Of a DNA stretch of 64,000 nt, positions 14,229 to 26,812 are shown in pieces (position 1 is the first letter of the stretch; the number at the start of each line of letters is the position of its first letter). Both the position numbers and the translations under genes were made by a program. Below the pieces are notes generated by a model. That model was not told the origin of the DNA, made no database searches, and saw only the letters and a list, made by a program, of their open reading frames with translations. The stretch is taken from positions 59,954,001-60,018,000 of the forward strand of contig NC_043002.1 in NCBI RefSeq assembly GCF_006345805.1, in the 5' to 3' direction. The stretch comes from Octopus sinensis (Eukaryota).

Positions 14229-14882
14229 AAATTAGTAGTAGTAGTGTGAAGGTGTATGGATCAGTGATTAGGGGGTCGAGCTCATGATCGTCAGGTTGTG
14301 AGTTCGATTTCCGGACCGAGATGCGTGGTTGTGTTCTTGAGCAAGAGTCTTTATTTCACTTTGATCCAGTTTACTCATCTGTAGAGATGAGTTGTGACGT
14401 CACTGGTGCCAAGCTGTAGCATGGCCTTTGCCCTTCCCTTGGATAACTAACATCGGTGGCGTGGAGATGGGAGGCTGGTAGGAATGGGCGACAGCTAGTC
14501 TTCCATAAAAACAAGTCTAGGTTGTGTGTTCGCCGGTGAGGCGACATTCCGCCCAGACTTGTACCCTGGAGGGGAACCTCTTACGTTCACACATGGCCAT
14601 TCCTGACCGATGAACTCGAGCTCCAGAGTAGTAGTAGTAGTAGTAACAGCAGCACGATCAGTAGTAATAGTATTATCAGTAGTATTAATAGTAGTAGTAT
14701 TAGTATTAGTAGTAGTAGTAGTAGTAGTAGCAGCACCAGCAGTTGTAGTAATAGATTTAGTAGTAGCTGTAGTACTAGTAGCAGTAGCAGCAGAAAGAGC
14801 AGCAATAGAGATAGTAGTAAATTTAGTCGTAGCTGTCGTAGTAGTAATAGCACCAGCAGCAGTAGTAGTAGTAGAAGTAGTA

Positions 14883-14937
<55 letters not shown>

Positions 14938-14975
14938 AAGTAGTAGTAGTAGTACTAGTAGTGGCAGTAGCAGTG
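14162..14975. repeat. (TAG)n/(CAG)n microsatellite region interrupted by a SINE
   Basis: Directly visible. Confidence 0.9.
14246..14612 (+). mobile_element. tRNA-derived SINE family B (CORE-like central region)
   Basis: A/B boxes (B box GAGTTCGATTT), then TTGAGCAAG..CTTTATTTCAC..CATCTGTAGAGATGAG. Homologous to the copies at 25289 and 50081. Confidence 0.85.
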
Positions 14976-15254
14976 GTAGGCTATTGTCGGTGTTGTGGTG
15001 ATGTTAGTAATAGCAGCGGTAACTGCAGCAACAACAGAAGCGTGAGAAGTTGTAGTGTTATGAAATAAATATGGCCGACATTTCTTACATGCTTCAGCTT
15101 ATATCTTACACCAGACTTTATCCAATAATCTGCATAGCCGAGACGCATTAATCATTCACTCCTTCCTTTCAAGAAGGATCACATTGATCTCTTTGACTTG
15201 TTGCAGACAGAGAGGTTCGCCTATGCCAGGGAACTGTAGTTAGCTTTGCTAAAA

Positions 15255-15870
15255 CTTGGCTACTTGAGGCACCGCTTCATATGTGCCGTATTTGGTGAAT
15301 GAGGGTGTTTGATGCTGCTGCCCTTATTTGCGCTTCCTGCCGAGAGATATAAGCTCATCTGCAGTTCTTGACGGTTGTGTTTTCAAAAACACCTGTAACC
15401 GTCCCATGTAGGTCTCTCAGGCAGTTTTAGAGGATATTGAAGATTTGTGGGGCCCCTTGAAACACAACCCGTTGCAGTATCTCTTCCTGTACCTTCATGG
15501 TAATGTTGGTATCTCTGATATTACATCACAATTAAAAATTCAACGGAATCTGACCTGTGACGCCTCCTCTGATATGTCGCCTTTGGTCAAGGGAGTTTGA
15601 TGCTGCTGCCGACATTTGCGTTTCCTGCAAACCCATCCGGAATTCTTGGCGGTTGTGTTTTAAAAAAATACCTATATCCGTCCCATGTAGGTCTCTCAGG
15701 CAGTTTTAGAGGATATTAAAGAACTGTGGACACTTAAAACCCGAGGTGCTGCAGTAGCTGCTCCTATAATTTGATGGCAAATATTGGGATCCTTTGGCAT
15801 TACATCATATATTAAGGAATTAACGATGTAACGACTTGAGACACATGAACATGCCAAACAAAAAGACTGT
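15255..15870 (-). pseudogene. Two tandem decayed 3' fragments of the CR1/L2-group LINE family
   Basis: 15305-15510 and 15592-15800 both align by eye to 37255-37470 (GATGCTGCTGCC...AGGTCTCTCAGG...GAGGATATTGAAGA). Confidence 0.75.
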
Positions 15871-16302
15871 ATGCTGTTGCTTTCGTTACGGCTACACATG
15901 GTTGTTTAGCGAATATCTTTGCTTCTTAGCCAAACTGATACAGCTTTTCTAAAATATATCTAATAGTTTTTCTGAGGAAACTCAATCTGTCTTGAAATCA
16001 AAATTGATTCCGATTTAATGATAAGCTTTTCTAGAGTTATGCAATTTAGATAGAAAAAGCATGCGATCACTCAAAATAAAGAACATTGCAAGTATTAGAA
16101 GAAAAAACAGATGTGAAATTGGTGAAAATTATCTAAATGTGAAAGAAATGAAAAAAAATATGTAAAGAAGTGAACGAACAATTGCAGATTTTTTTTCTAG
16201 AAAGTATTTCAAGATATCTCTATGTAGATATAACAACAACAACAATAATAATGATATATAAAATTAAAATAATAATGATTATTATCATCATCATCATCAT
16301 CA

Positions 16303-16369
<67 letters not shown>

Positions 16370-16372
<3 letters not shown>

Positions 16373-18060
16373 TAGTTTTATTTTTATTTTTATAGCGTGC
16401 TTTCACTTCACTACCGAGCGCAGCTCTGTGTGCCTTGGGTATGTGCTGTGATTTGTTGTGATGCTCTGATGGTTATTGTATGGAAAGTGCTCTGCGTAGG
16501 ATGTGTGCAGTGCCTAGCAGTGCAATTTTCTGTATGTTATATGTGTTTGTAAGTCCTGGTGTTTTTGTTATGTATTTGTCTGAATATTTTTTTATCATGC
16601 CTAATGCACCTACTATGATAGGAATTGTTTCTGTTTTCAGATTCCACATTCTAGTTACCTCTATTTCCAGGTCTTTGTATTTTGAGAGTTTCTCCATTTC
16701 TTTTAGAGACACGTTGTCATCTGCCGGTACTGATACATCAATTAGAAAGCATTGTTTTTCTTCATGGTCTCTGACAACTATATCTGGTCTGTTGGCCTTA
16801 ATTTCTCTATCTGTGTGTATCGGCATATCCCAGAGTATGGTTGGTTCTCGTTTTCTGTGACCTTTTCTGGTGTGTGCCTATACCATCTTTTTTCTGTTGT
16901 TATTCCATAATGTTGGCATAGCTTCCAATGTATGTAAGTTCCAACTCTGTCATGTCTGTGAATATATTCCTTCTTAGCCAGGACTGGGCAGCTAGAGATA
17001 ATATGATTTATTGTTTCTTGTCCATCTCCACATATTCTGCAGTTACTTGTAATATTTCTTTTCATTACATGTTTTTGGTAATTCTGGTGGGGAGGCTTTG
17101 GTCTTGTGCTGCAATTAAAAATCCCTCTGTTTCTGCTTTGAGACCTGAGCTTCTCAACCATTGCGGGATTTTTCTTTGTCTATTTCTTTTGCGTTTAGTT
17201 TAGTCCAATATTTACCATGAAGGGGCTTTTCTTGCCATCGTTTTATCATGGCTCGTTGCTGTTCTATTTTTAGTTTGGATTTCATTTTTTTTATAGCTTT
17301 TGTTGTTTCTTCATCATCTTCTTCTTCTTCTTCATGTTTATTAGGTGGTATGATTTCTTGTTTGTATTTGTCAGCTTCCTTAAATACTGAGAACAGTTTT
17401 TTGTTCTGCTCGTGTTTTGCCGCTATCTGGATTAGTTTTCCTTCCTTCTGAAGTAGATATTTTTGCAGTCCTATGGTGGTTATTTTATAGTAGTTTTCCA
17501 GCTGGATAAGGCCTCTACCACCTTCTATACGTTGTATATATAGTCTTTCTATGTCAGATTTTGGGTGGTGCATCCTAGATCCTGTCATTATTTTTCTTGT
17601 TTTCCTGTCTATTTTGGTCAGTTCATTTCGTGTCCAGTTAAGGATATTGTAGCTGTAACTTATAACTGGGACAGCTAAAGTGTTGATACCTATTATCTTG
17701 TTTTTAGCATTGAGCTCTGTGTTTAGTATTGATCTAACTCGTCTATAATATTCTTTTTTTATTTTCTCTTTCATTTGTGTGTGTTGTGTCTTATCTAGTT
17801 CATGGATTCCTAAGTATTTGTAAGTTTGGCTTTGGTCTAATTCTTTTATTTCATTTGCTTCATCTAGTGTGATGTTGTTACTCTTAACTAGTTTTCCTCT
17901 TTTCATGGTTACTTTGGCGCATTTTTCTAATCCAAATTTCATATCTATTTCTTTGGTAAATCCATGAACTGTCTTTCATAGTGTTTCCAGCTGTTTGTCA
18001 TTTGCAGCGTATAGTTTTAGGTCATCCATATATAAAAGGTGGCTGATCGTTTTGCCTATC
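16370..18060 (-). mobile_element. 5'-truncated R4/Dong-clade non-LTR retrotransposon (RT C-terminal half, CCHC finger, RLE)
   Basis: SHLLYMDDLKLYA, YKYLG, GGRGL, CRICG..ETINHIISSC, HRHD, NRPDIVV..LIDVSVP..EKLSKYKDL across ORFs 17976-18058, 17154-17942, 16778-17161 and 16473-16826. About three frameshifts. (ATT)n on both sides. Confidence 0.92.
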
Positions 18061-18088
18061 ATTATTATTATTATTATTATTATTATCA

Positions 18089-18137
<49 letters not shown>

Positions 18138-18162
18138 CATTATTATTATTATTATTATTATT

Positions 18163-18813
18163 CTATGTTTAACTTTTGCTTTATGTTTGTACAAGTTGGC
18201 TCCAAGTCTCACCCAGAGACCTCAAGAGACAACAGGTTGGAAGTTCACGTTGTTGTTATGTCTAGTGTGCTATATATTTGGGGGGGGTTTTTTTTTGGTA
18301 TAGTACTAGTGAATGTCTAATAAATAATTTTTTTTTTTTAAAGCTTGTTTTAAACCTTGAGATTATATAGAGAGTATTTTGCGTAGGATATGAATTTCTG
18401 CCATTTTGGGGTTTCCTGGTATCTGAGTTAGGTACCAATCAGCCCCTTTCGCTATCATTCCCAGGGCACCACTGACAACAGGTATTGTTTTAGTCTTCAG
18501 GTTACACATTTTGCTGATTTCTATTTCAAGATTTTTATATTTGCTCAGTTTTTGGTAGGTCTTGACAGATACGTTTATATCGATTGGGACAGTCATATCA
18601 ATGAGGAGGCATGTTCTTTGTCTGAAGTCTTTCAATATGACGTCTGGCCTGTTTGCATCTATCTTTCTGTCAGTTTGAATGGTGAAGTTCCAGAGGAGTG
18701 AGATGTAGTCATTTTCAAGCACTGGGGGTGGATTGTGTTCCCACCATTTTTTTTCATGGGGCAAATCCAGGTTTTTGCAGATTACCCAGTGATTATATTG
18801 TGCAGCTGTATCA
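18163..18813 (-). mobile_element. Second R4/Dong-type 3' fragment (different subfamily)
   Basis: ORF 18363-18764 has NRPDVIL..LIDMTVP..KLSKYKNL. Its 3' UTR differs from the neighbour's. (ATT)n on both sides. Confidence 0.9.
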
Positions 18814-18876
<63 letters not shown>

Positions 18877-19009
18877 GGTTATTATCATAACAACAGAAAC
18901 AAAAAGAGAAATAACAAAAACAATAATATATATATATGTGTGTTATATATATATATATGTATGTATGTATGTATATATGTATGTATATATATATATAGAT
19001 ATATATATA

Positions 19010-19041
<32 letters not shown>

Positions 19042-19045
<4 letters not shown>

Positions 19046-19500
19046 CACACAATTTAGAGGACTGACTACTAAAGAAATGGACAGCCTATATGCTAGATAC
19101 AAACGTCAAAATCGCCATTTTCCACGAAGAATGTATTCTCAAGAAAAAATTCGGCAAAAACCAAAGTGTAAAAAGAAGCAAGACAAATGAAGGTGTTTGC
19201 GTATCCATATACGTAAATATTAACAAGTGAAACTAATTAGTACGTAGGTAATAATTTTTTTTTCATATATTTTCATTTGTCTTGCTTATTTTTACGCTTT
19301 GGTTTTTTGCTGAATTTTTTCTTGAGAACACATTCTTCGTGGAAAATGGTGATTTTGACGTCTATATCTAGCATATACGCTTTTCATTTTTTTAGTGGTC
19401 AATCCTCTAAATTTTTGTATGTAAAAAATTTTTAATCTTCGGATTTTTTATATATGCTAAGCCACTGGTTTTAATTTATTAATATCATTTCTACCCCTAT
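19042..19500. mobile_element. Inverted pair of PLE-like terminal repeats
   Basis: Arms at 19042-19191 and 19272-19425. The right arm and its extension resemble 50940-51090 (TCTAGCATAT...GATTTTT..ATGCT..ACTGGTTTTAA). Confidence 0.6.
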
Positions 19501-19522
19501 TTAATTATATATATATATATAT

Positions 19523-19583
<61 letters not shown>

Positions 19584-19909
19584 TGTGTGTGTGTGTGGTG
19601 TGGTGTGTGGGTGTGTGTGTGTGTGTTTGTGTATGCGTGTGCGAATGACTCTGTCTGTGTGTGCTGCATGTGTGTGTGTGTGTGCCCCGAATAAAATACT
19701 AGGCGCGCACAGAAATATGAAATTAATGGAAGGACAAACGGACAGTAATTACGTGATTAACTTCGCCGGCTGACATTTGTTGTACTTTAAAACGTAGCGC
19801 AATCAAAATGTTTGCGCATCACGTTATAGATCATTGCATCGCATGGCCGCATAATGAGTGTTCTCGTCCCATTCCATCGAATATAAATGTGCGCGTGGCA
19901 TGGCGGTTT

Positions 19910-20192
19910 GTTTATTCGGCTCGCGACCGCTAGGGCGTGATTTCTACTCCGGATGGCGCGTTGTGTTCATGAGCAACACACTTTATTTCTCATTGCTTCA
20001 TTTAACTCAACTGCCAAAAATGAATAGTACTTCTTTTTCAAAGAGCCAACCTCGTCCCATTTCCTGTCATAATGAATCTCCCTGGAAACTACGTTAAGTG
20101 TATGTATGTCCATGGAATACTCAACTACTTGGATATTAACGTCAGGAGTTGGCTGTTCCGTTGATCGAATCAACTGGAACCCTCGTCACTCG
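19910..20192 (+). mobile_element. Degenerate tRNA-derived SINE related to family B
   Basis: TTGTGTTCATGAGCAACACACTTTATTTC core. Body shared with 58865-59095. Confidence 0.65.
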
Positions 20193-20231
20193 TGATACAT
20201 ACACACACGCACGTGAAATTATATACATATA

Positions 20232-20850
20232 TCTATACACGTAAATATGTAATGGTGTCTGCGTGTGTTTTGGGGGTTTCTCTAACTCCTCCCACACCAT
20301 CCAAACGATTTTAATGATTTTGGGCACATTGGTAGATCACAGGCCCTGAAGCTCAAATAAGGCCGGATGTTTTTCAAAAACTCGATAATGCTCAGTTGGC
20401 ATTGCTTTTTGAGAACTCAATCGGGTATTTAAATGGAAATTCCAATAACGATGTTATTTTTCATGCAGCTTTTGCATTTCATTTTTTTGTCCGATTTTGA
20501 TGAAAATCGATGAGTGAGCGAGGCTCATGGCATTCAGTTGATGTCAGTATATGACAAATATCGGTAATTGTGCCTGAGCAATGGTTTTATAAATCAATAG
20601 GTTTTTTTGCGTACAAATACCCATAGGGATTTTATTTTTGGCCCTAACTTTTATATTTTTTATCCGATTTTAATGAAATTTGAGATTTAGGTAAATTTTG
20701 TATTAGGGCAGACGGTAAAGGTTCTACTTTAATTCCAGAGATTGCATCAACTAATGGACATGAACTGTAATAACGTGTAAAATTTCAATGGTCAGAGGTT
20801 GGCTTAACTTCAACACAGAGAGCACGAGCAACGCCGAGTTCAACAGCTAG
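20232..20850 (+). mobile_element. Non-autonomous Helitron
   Basis: 5' TC and 3' CTAG, inserted between A and T. Degenerate subterminal hairpin (CACGAGCAACGCCGAG). Three internal CGATTTT(A/G)ATGA motifs. Confidence 0.75.
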
Positions 20851-21656
20851 TATACATATATTTGTTTGGGAATGTGTATCTATCCATACATACATCCGTG
20901 TTAATAACCGTGGCCAAACCGGCAAAAACAAAACTAAAAAACAAAATGGAGTAAATGATTATCACCAGAGAATATATCTCTAAAGAAGTGAGCGCATGAT
21001 ACCGAAAGCAAAACCAAAAAATACAAAAGAACCCACCGAACATTCTTATCAACAAATCTTATTCATGCCTGATTTTTTACTGTTTATTTCGTTTTCTCAT
21101 TTAGATATAGAGACTGTTATATTTATCATTTTGTAGAGATTTTCTTTTCGCTTCTTCTTTTTTCGTATTAAGATTGTTCTTCATAGCGGCATTCATTCAC
21201 TCGTATTTTCTTTACTTTTCGCCTGTGTAAGTATGGATTATTAACTTTTCTTTATCACTTGGCCTCTAATAAGATAACACGTTTTCCCAACATTTGCGCT
21301 CCCATAAAACAATACTCCATTAATAAAAGTATATACACGTTGTATATTTATAAAGATATTGAGATACATCTTGTGTTTGGGTCTTCAAATTTGCCAGTAT
21401 CCTAAACGGAGTACGTACAAGCACGCATGCACACACACACACATACACACACGCACACAATTGAGCGTATGTTTTTCTGCATAATTACCTGTATTGTTTA
21501 TAAATATATAAACTTGTGTCCACTTTCATTGAGTTAACCATTTTAACGCCAGACTCATCTTTGTATAAAAATTGTGTCCAACGAACCGCATTTTGTAGCT
21601 CTCTGTTCATCATTCATTGCACTATGCATTATGATGACCATGTGATAAACAAATAA

Positions 21657-21697
<41 letters not shown>

Positions 21698-21708
21698 TAT
21701 TATTATTA

Positions 21709-21753
<45 letters not shown>

Positions 21754-21837
21754 GTTTTCGGTTTGATTTGCATTTTATTTCATCTTCCGGCCGGGTCGCA
21801 GCTAGAGACCTAAGGCACGTATATATTGGATGGAAAA

Positions 21838-21921
21838 AGCACACCAGCATCGGTTGTCAAGTGATGGTGGTGATGGTGGTGTGGGTGGGGTAGGGGGACA
21901 AACACACACACACACACACAC

Positions 21922-21958
<37 letters not shown>

Positions 21959-22113
21959 AAGGGGTTGTTTTAGTTTCCGTCTACCAAATCCACTCACAAT
22001 GCTTTGGTCGGCCCGAGGCTATAATACAAGACCCTTGACGAAGGTGCCACGGGGTAGAACTGAACCCAGAACTATGTGGTTGGGAAGCAAACTTCTTATC
22101 ACACAGTCACTTC
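21838..22113 (-). mobile_element. SINE family A, 5' two-thirds
   Basis: Matches 63065-63380. Confidence 0.85.
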
Positions 22114-22737
22114 TGCCAAAACAGAAATGGCTAAAAATGTGAAATCATAGTGAAGTCAGTAGAATGACCTGTTTGAGGGAAAACAAGAAAACAGTTTACG
22201 CAAGATAACGACACATTCAGGTGACATACTTTTGATGGTTTCTATGAATTTCAATTCAAATATAAAGATGACTTTATACTCTGCAATCTGAGGAAATTTG
22301 ATTTGAACATGCGAAGGTTAAAGAAATTAGAAACCCATAAAAAAACAGTAAATAATATACGGGAAAAAATAAAGGTAAATTGCAGAACTTTATAGGAAAA
22401 GGGTTGATTAAATAAACACCAAAAGCAGGTTAACGTGCGATGATTTTAAATGGCGGAATATAGAGCGTTTTTCTTTGATGGTGCTAAAGTAATTACAATC
22501 GCGTATATATAGAATCAACGGTGGGATTAAATATATTGCTGGATTTTAAATAGAATTAAAAGTTAAAATTATATGCGGTGTTAGAGGTCACCTTACATAT
22601 ATAACTGGTTCAATGCAAGATGGAAACAAATAGTTTATTTTGCTGAATTGACATGAGTTACACATTACCTGGATATCGTTGATTAGAGAAAAAATTATCG
22701 AAAAGAGTATTGTAAAGATCAATGAGGATGGCAATTC

Positions 22738-22935
22738 TTTTATTCTTGTACTTGTTTCAGTCATTTGACTGCACCCATGCTGGAGCACCAATTTAAAGCG
22801 CTTTACTCGAAGAAACCAACCACAAGACTTATTCTTTGTAAGCCTGCTACTTATCCTATCGTCACCTTTGCCGAACTGGTAAGTTACGTGGTCATAAATA
22901 CCCCAGTATCAGTTGTCAAGCGATCGCGGAGGTAC
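22738..22935 (-). mobile_element. SINE family A, 3' half
   Basis: GTTTCAGTCATTTGACTG..CCATGCTGGAGCACC tail. Confidence 0.85.
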
Positions 22936-22978
22936 ATACACACACACACATACATGCACACACACACACACACACACT

Positions 22979-23021
<43 letters not shown>

Positions 23022-23022
23022 G

Positions 23023-23690
23023 TACAGTGAAGTTCCAGAAAATTCAAACACAATGATGCATTTGACTTTCCACTAAACCAGCAACATAATTTTCACTTCT
23101 AGCCATTGCCTTTTGAAAATCTTAGGTCTTGAAATTCTGAAGAAATTTTAAGAAATGATAAAACTCTATTCTATGGACTAAACCATCCCTTTCAGTTTAT
23201 TTCGTACGGATGTAATTACTTCCTAGTCTTTAGATGTGTAAAAAATATAGGGGTCTTCATTATTTTCAAGCACATCTAGTTTTTCAGGGCAGATATCCAC
23301 CATCTTTTCCTTTAAAACGGGTGTCAATGCCTGAGGTATCCACACACTTTTCCATACCCAATGTCTTCCAACATTTATGCCCTGCATTGTGGCTCAAGTC
23401 CTGTTGTGTAGCTCATAGATTGTGGTTAGCCTGTGTCCTCGCGGATCAATTCATTCATTCGTTGACGACTCAAGTCAGTAATCACATCGACTCCAACCTT
23501 GTTGTTTGTCCGTAATACTGTTCTTATCTACTTTAAACGTCATCATCCATCTGTCCTTATTGATCACGTCAACGGCAACATCCCCGTAAAACATCTGTAG
23601 TCGTCTTTGAATATTCGATACTATGCACACCTCCGACACCAAGAAATCCATGACAAGTTGAAACAAATTATGTGCCTCCAAGGAAGAAGA
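23023..23690 (-). pseudogene. Decayed mariner transposase
   Basis: ORF 23475-23732 VMDFLVSE..IQRRLQMFYGDVAVD..RWMMTFK..SITDKQQG resembles the mariner N-terminal HTH. Continues as NELIRED in a shifted frame. Left end lies at a TA. Confidence 0.65.
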
Positions 23691-24683
23691 CGAAGAATTA
23701 TTAAAAAGAAGTAAGTCTAATAACATGTACAATTTAAAAGACTTTTATCATTAAATAAAATATTAGGACTAATTTTCTATTACATTTGTTAAAATCCTCG
23801 TAGTTTCATGTTTATTTGATCCACATCAGCGACCAAAAACTTTGACTTTCTGTTCGGGGAGATATACATAGCTTAAATCTATTAAACTTAACCAGTATTT
23901 AATGAATATTGTCAGACTAATTCGCATAACATTGTGTTCGCAGGGAACGTGATTTATTAGTTATCTAATTAATTATTTAATTCACTTAGTAGACATTGTG
24001 TCATTAAAGGAATCAGAATTGTCACAGCTGGAAGGCGGTAGAGCAAAATTCTGCTGAATTAAAGCTAAATAGTAACTAAGCATCATCATCGCCATGTAAC
24101 GATAAGTCTTGTATCTTATAAGAGTGGTTTCTTGGTGTCTAGAATATAATCATGATGCTATTCTAAATTTCATACATAGTTTCATTAAATATATAAAAGC
24201 ATCTATCAACCTTTATTACTAAACATTTAAAATTTCTATCTTCGTAGCATTCCGACTAGTTTTTATACACAGAGGGTTGCGTAGTAACTAATGATTATCA
24301 GCTTTAGATAAATTCGTAAATGGAATTACTTATTATTTGTCGTTGCTGAAACATTTGCATATAATGACTACGATTTTAACCCTTCAGGGATATTTAGCTC
24401 AAATATTATGCCTGCATTACGTTCAAACCGAGCAAACCATGCCTCTCATACTTACACTTCAATGTCTTTCTAAACATAAATAGTCACATTATAGAGATCT
24501 TGAAGCTAGAAAATATTACATGACTAACTCAACACGGTAGGAAGCAATACACATTACATTTGGCAAAGTAATCCAAAGTTTAAATACACAGACAATAAAC
24601 ACTATCATTATAGTTTGGACACTCCTACCTATACAATAACATATTAAATTTTCGTATAAGTATTATATATATATATATATATA

Positions 24684-25002
24684 GGGAGATGTACTCGCAT
24701 AGCAAGTAATTTTATCTGAGATCGTGTGCTGAAACGAAAACAATTGCAGCGTGGAAGGTGTTTAAAAGCCATTTAAGAAACACACAAAAGCCGTTCGATT
24801 CACTTCAACATTTAAGTTTAATTTGTCAAAATATTTTCGTCGCTAAAATCCGCGGCCTGTTCACTGACAAAAATGTGATGCAGCACAGATTTTTGTCAGT
24901 GAACAGGTCGTGGATTTTAGCGACGAAAATATTTTGACAAATTAAACTTAAAAGTTGAAGTAATCGAACGGCTTTAAACACCTTCCACGCTGCAATTGTT
25001 TT
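24684..25002. mobile_element. Palindromic pair of the 83-280 repeat
   Basis: Arms at ~24737-24875 and ~24888-25002 with a very short loop. Confidence 0.8.
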
Positions 25003-25062
25003 ATATATATATATATATATATATCGTAAGCTCGACGGTCTAACCACTGAGCCATGCGCCTT

Positions 25063-25109
<47 letters not shown>

Positions 25110-25126
25110 TAGATATATATATATAT

Positions 25127-25210
<84 letters not shown>

Positions 25211-25221
25211 GTATATATATG

Positions 25222-25288
<67 letters not shown>

Positions 25289-25291
<3 letters not shown>

Positions 25292-25515
25292 AAGAGCATG
25301 GCTCAGTGGTTAGAGCGTCGAGCTTACGATCGTGAGGTTGTGACCTCGAATCCCGGACCGGGCTGCGTGTTGTGTTCTTGAGCAAGGCACTTTATTTCAC
25401 GTTGCTCCAGTTCATTCAGCTGTAGAAATGAGTTGCGACGTCACTGGTGCCAAGCTGTACCGACCTTTGTCTTTCCCTTGGATAACACTGGTAGCGTGGA
25501 GAGGGGTATGCATGG
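25289..25515 (+). mobile_element. SINE family B, 3'-interrupted
   Basis: A box TGGCTCAGTGG, anticodon-like loop CTTACGA, degenerate B box, CORE-like region. Confidence 0.85.
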
Positions 25516-25818
25516 GCGAGAAGGAAAACTCTGACTCCAAACCCCCGCTCCGCTGCCTTGCGGATGCTCTTGGGAGAGGGAAAGGCTATGGGAGTAAACC
25601 CAGACAGAAAATCCGGAGTGGAGCCCCGAAGGCGGTAGGGTGTCGAATCTCGACCCCTCTCCGGCAACTCCTGCAGCCAACCAGACTCCAAACGTACTGC
25701 ACTGCATTCCTTTGGATTATGTCTGGGGGGCCGAGAGGGAGATTCTGGTGTCTGGGCAGCCCAGTGTCTTCGTTTCTACCGCCCAGGCTTGCGCCATGGA
25801 GAAACTACTCCATCGATG
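25516..25818 (+). mobile_element. GC-rich fragment resembling an RTE-clade LINE 5' region
   Basis: GAGAAGGAAAACTCTGACTCCAAACC motif recalled from RTE 5' UTRs. No supporting coding motif. Confidence 0.4.
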
Positions 25819-25837
25819 TGTATATATATATATATAC

Positions 25838-25983
25838 ATGGTAAGTAGCTTCCTTGCCAACCAAATGGTTCCAGGTTCAGTGCCACTGCGTACCACATTG
25901 GGTTCCTGTCTTTTACTATAGCCTCGTGCCAACCAAAGCTTTGTGAGTGGGTTTGTTAGACATAAACTGAAAGAAGCCCGTCG

Positions 25984-26047
<64 letters not shown>

Positions 26048-26135
26048 TGTGTGTATGTATCTATGTGTGTGTGTGTTTCTCTTAGTCCCTGAAACTTAGC
26101 GGTTCGGTAAAAGAGTAATATAAGTGGCTTGCAAG
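25838..26135 (+). mobile_element. SINE family A, partial
   Basis: TGGTAAGTAGCTT..GGTTCAGTGCCACTGCG..AAAGAAGCCCGTCG(TA)n(TG)n..CTTAGCGGTTCGG. Confidence 0.85.
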
Positions 26136-26344
26136 CAGAAAATAACGAAAAAGGTAAAAGTATTATATATAATCAGGGTTCTAACATTGCTAAAAATAGC
26201 AGCCAAACTGCTCAAGAACCACAGTAAATCACTTACATTACACAATGGTGAATTCAAGGAAAACGAGTATAAAAAACCAACCTACCAATAACGTATAAAA
26301 AGCGTAAATGAGTTTTTTGCTATTATTAATAATGTATTTATAAT

Positions 26345-26812
26345 GTGGCGAGCTGGTAGAAACGTTAGCACGCCGGGGAAATGCTTAGCAGTATTTCGTC
26401 CCTCTAATAAGGCGCCGAGCTGGCAGAAACGTTAATACGCCAGGTAATAATGCTTAACGGTATTTCGTCTGCCGCTACGTTCTGAGTTCAAATTCCGCCG
26501 AGGTCGCCTTCGCCTTTCATCCTTTCGGGGTCGATTAAATAAGTACCAGTTACGCACTGGCGCCGATATAATCGACTTAATCCGTTTGTTAGTCCTTGTT
26601 TGTCCGCTCTGTGTTTAGCCCCTTGTGGGTAGTAAAGAAATAGGTATTTCGTCCGTCTTTAGGTTCTGAGTTTAAATTCTGCCGAGGTCGACTTTCCCTT
26701 TTATCCTTTCAGGGTCGATAAATTAAGTACCAGTTGTGTACTGGAGTCGATCTAATCGACTGGCCCCTTTCCCCAAAATTTCGTGCCTTGTGCCTAGAGT
26801 AGAAAAGAATCA
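26345..26812 (+). mobile_element. SINE family C nested in another family C copy
   Basis: Inner copy 26402-26643 is flanked by the 11-bp direct repeat GTATTTCGTCC. Central GAGGTCGACTTT..CCTTTCATCCTTTCGGGGTCGATAAA..AAGTACCAG resembles the Meta/Nin-type SINE domain (recalled). Confidence 0.85.

Noticed and set aside
25289-25365. Possible tRNA genes (also ~3355-3428, ~35371-35435, ~50081-50155)
   Set aside because: Acceptor stems or B boxes are defective, and each runs into a repeat body found elsewhere in the window, so these are SINE heads.
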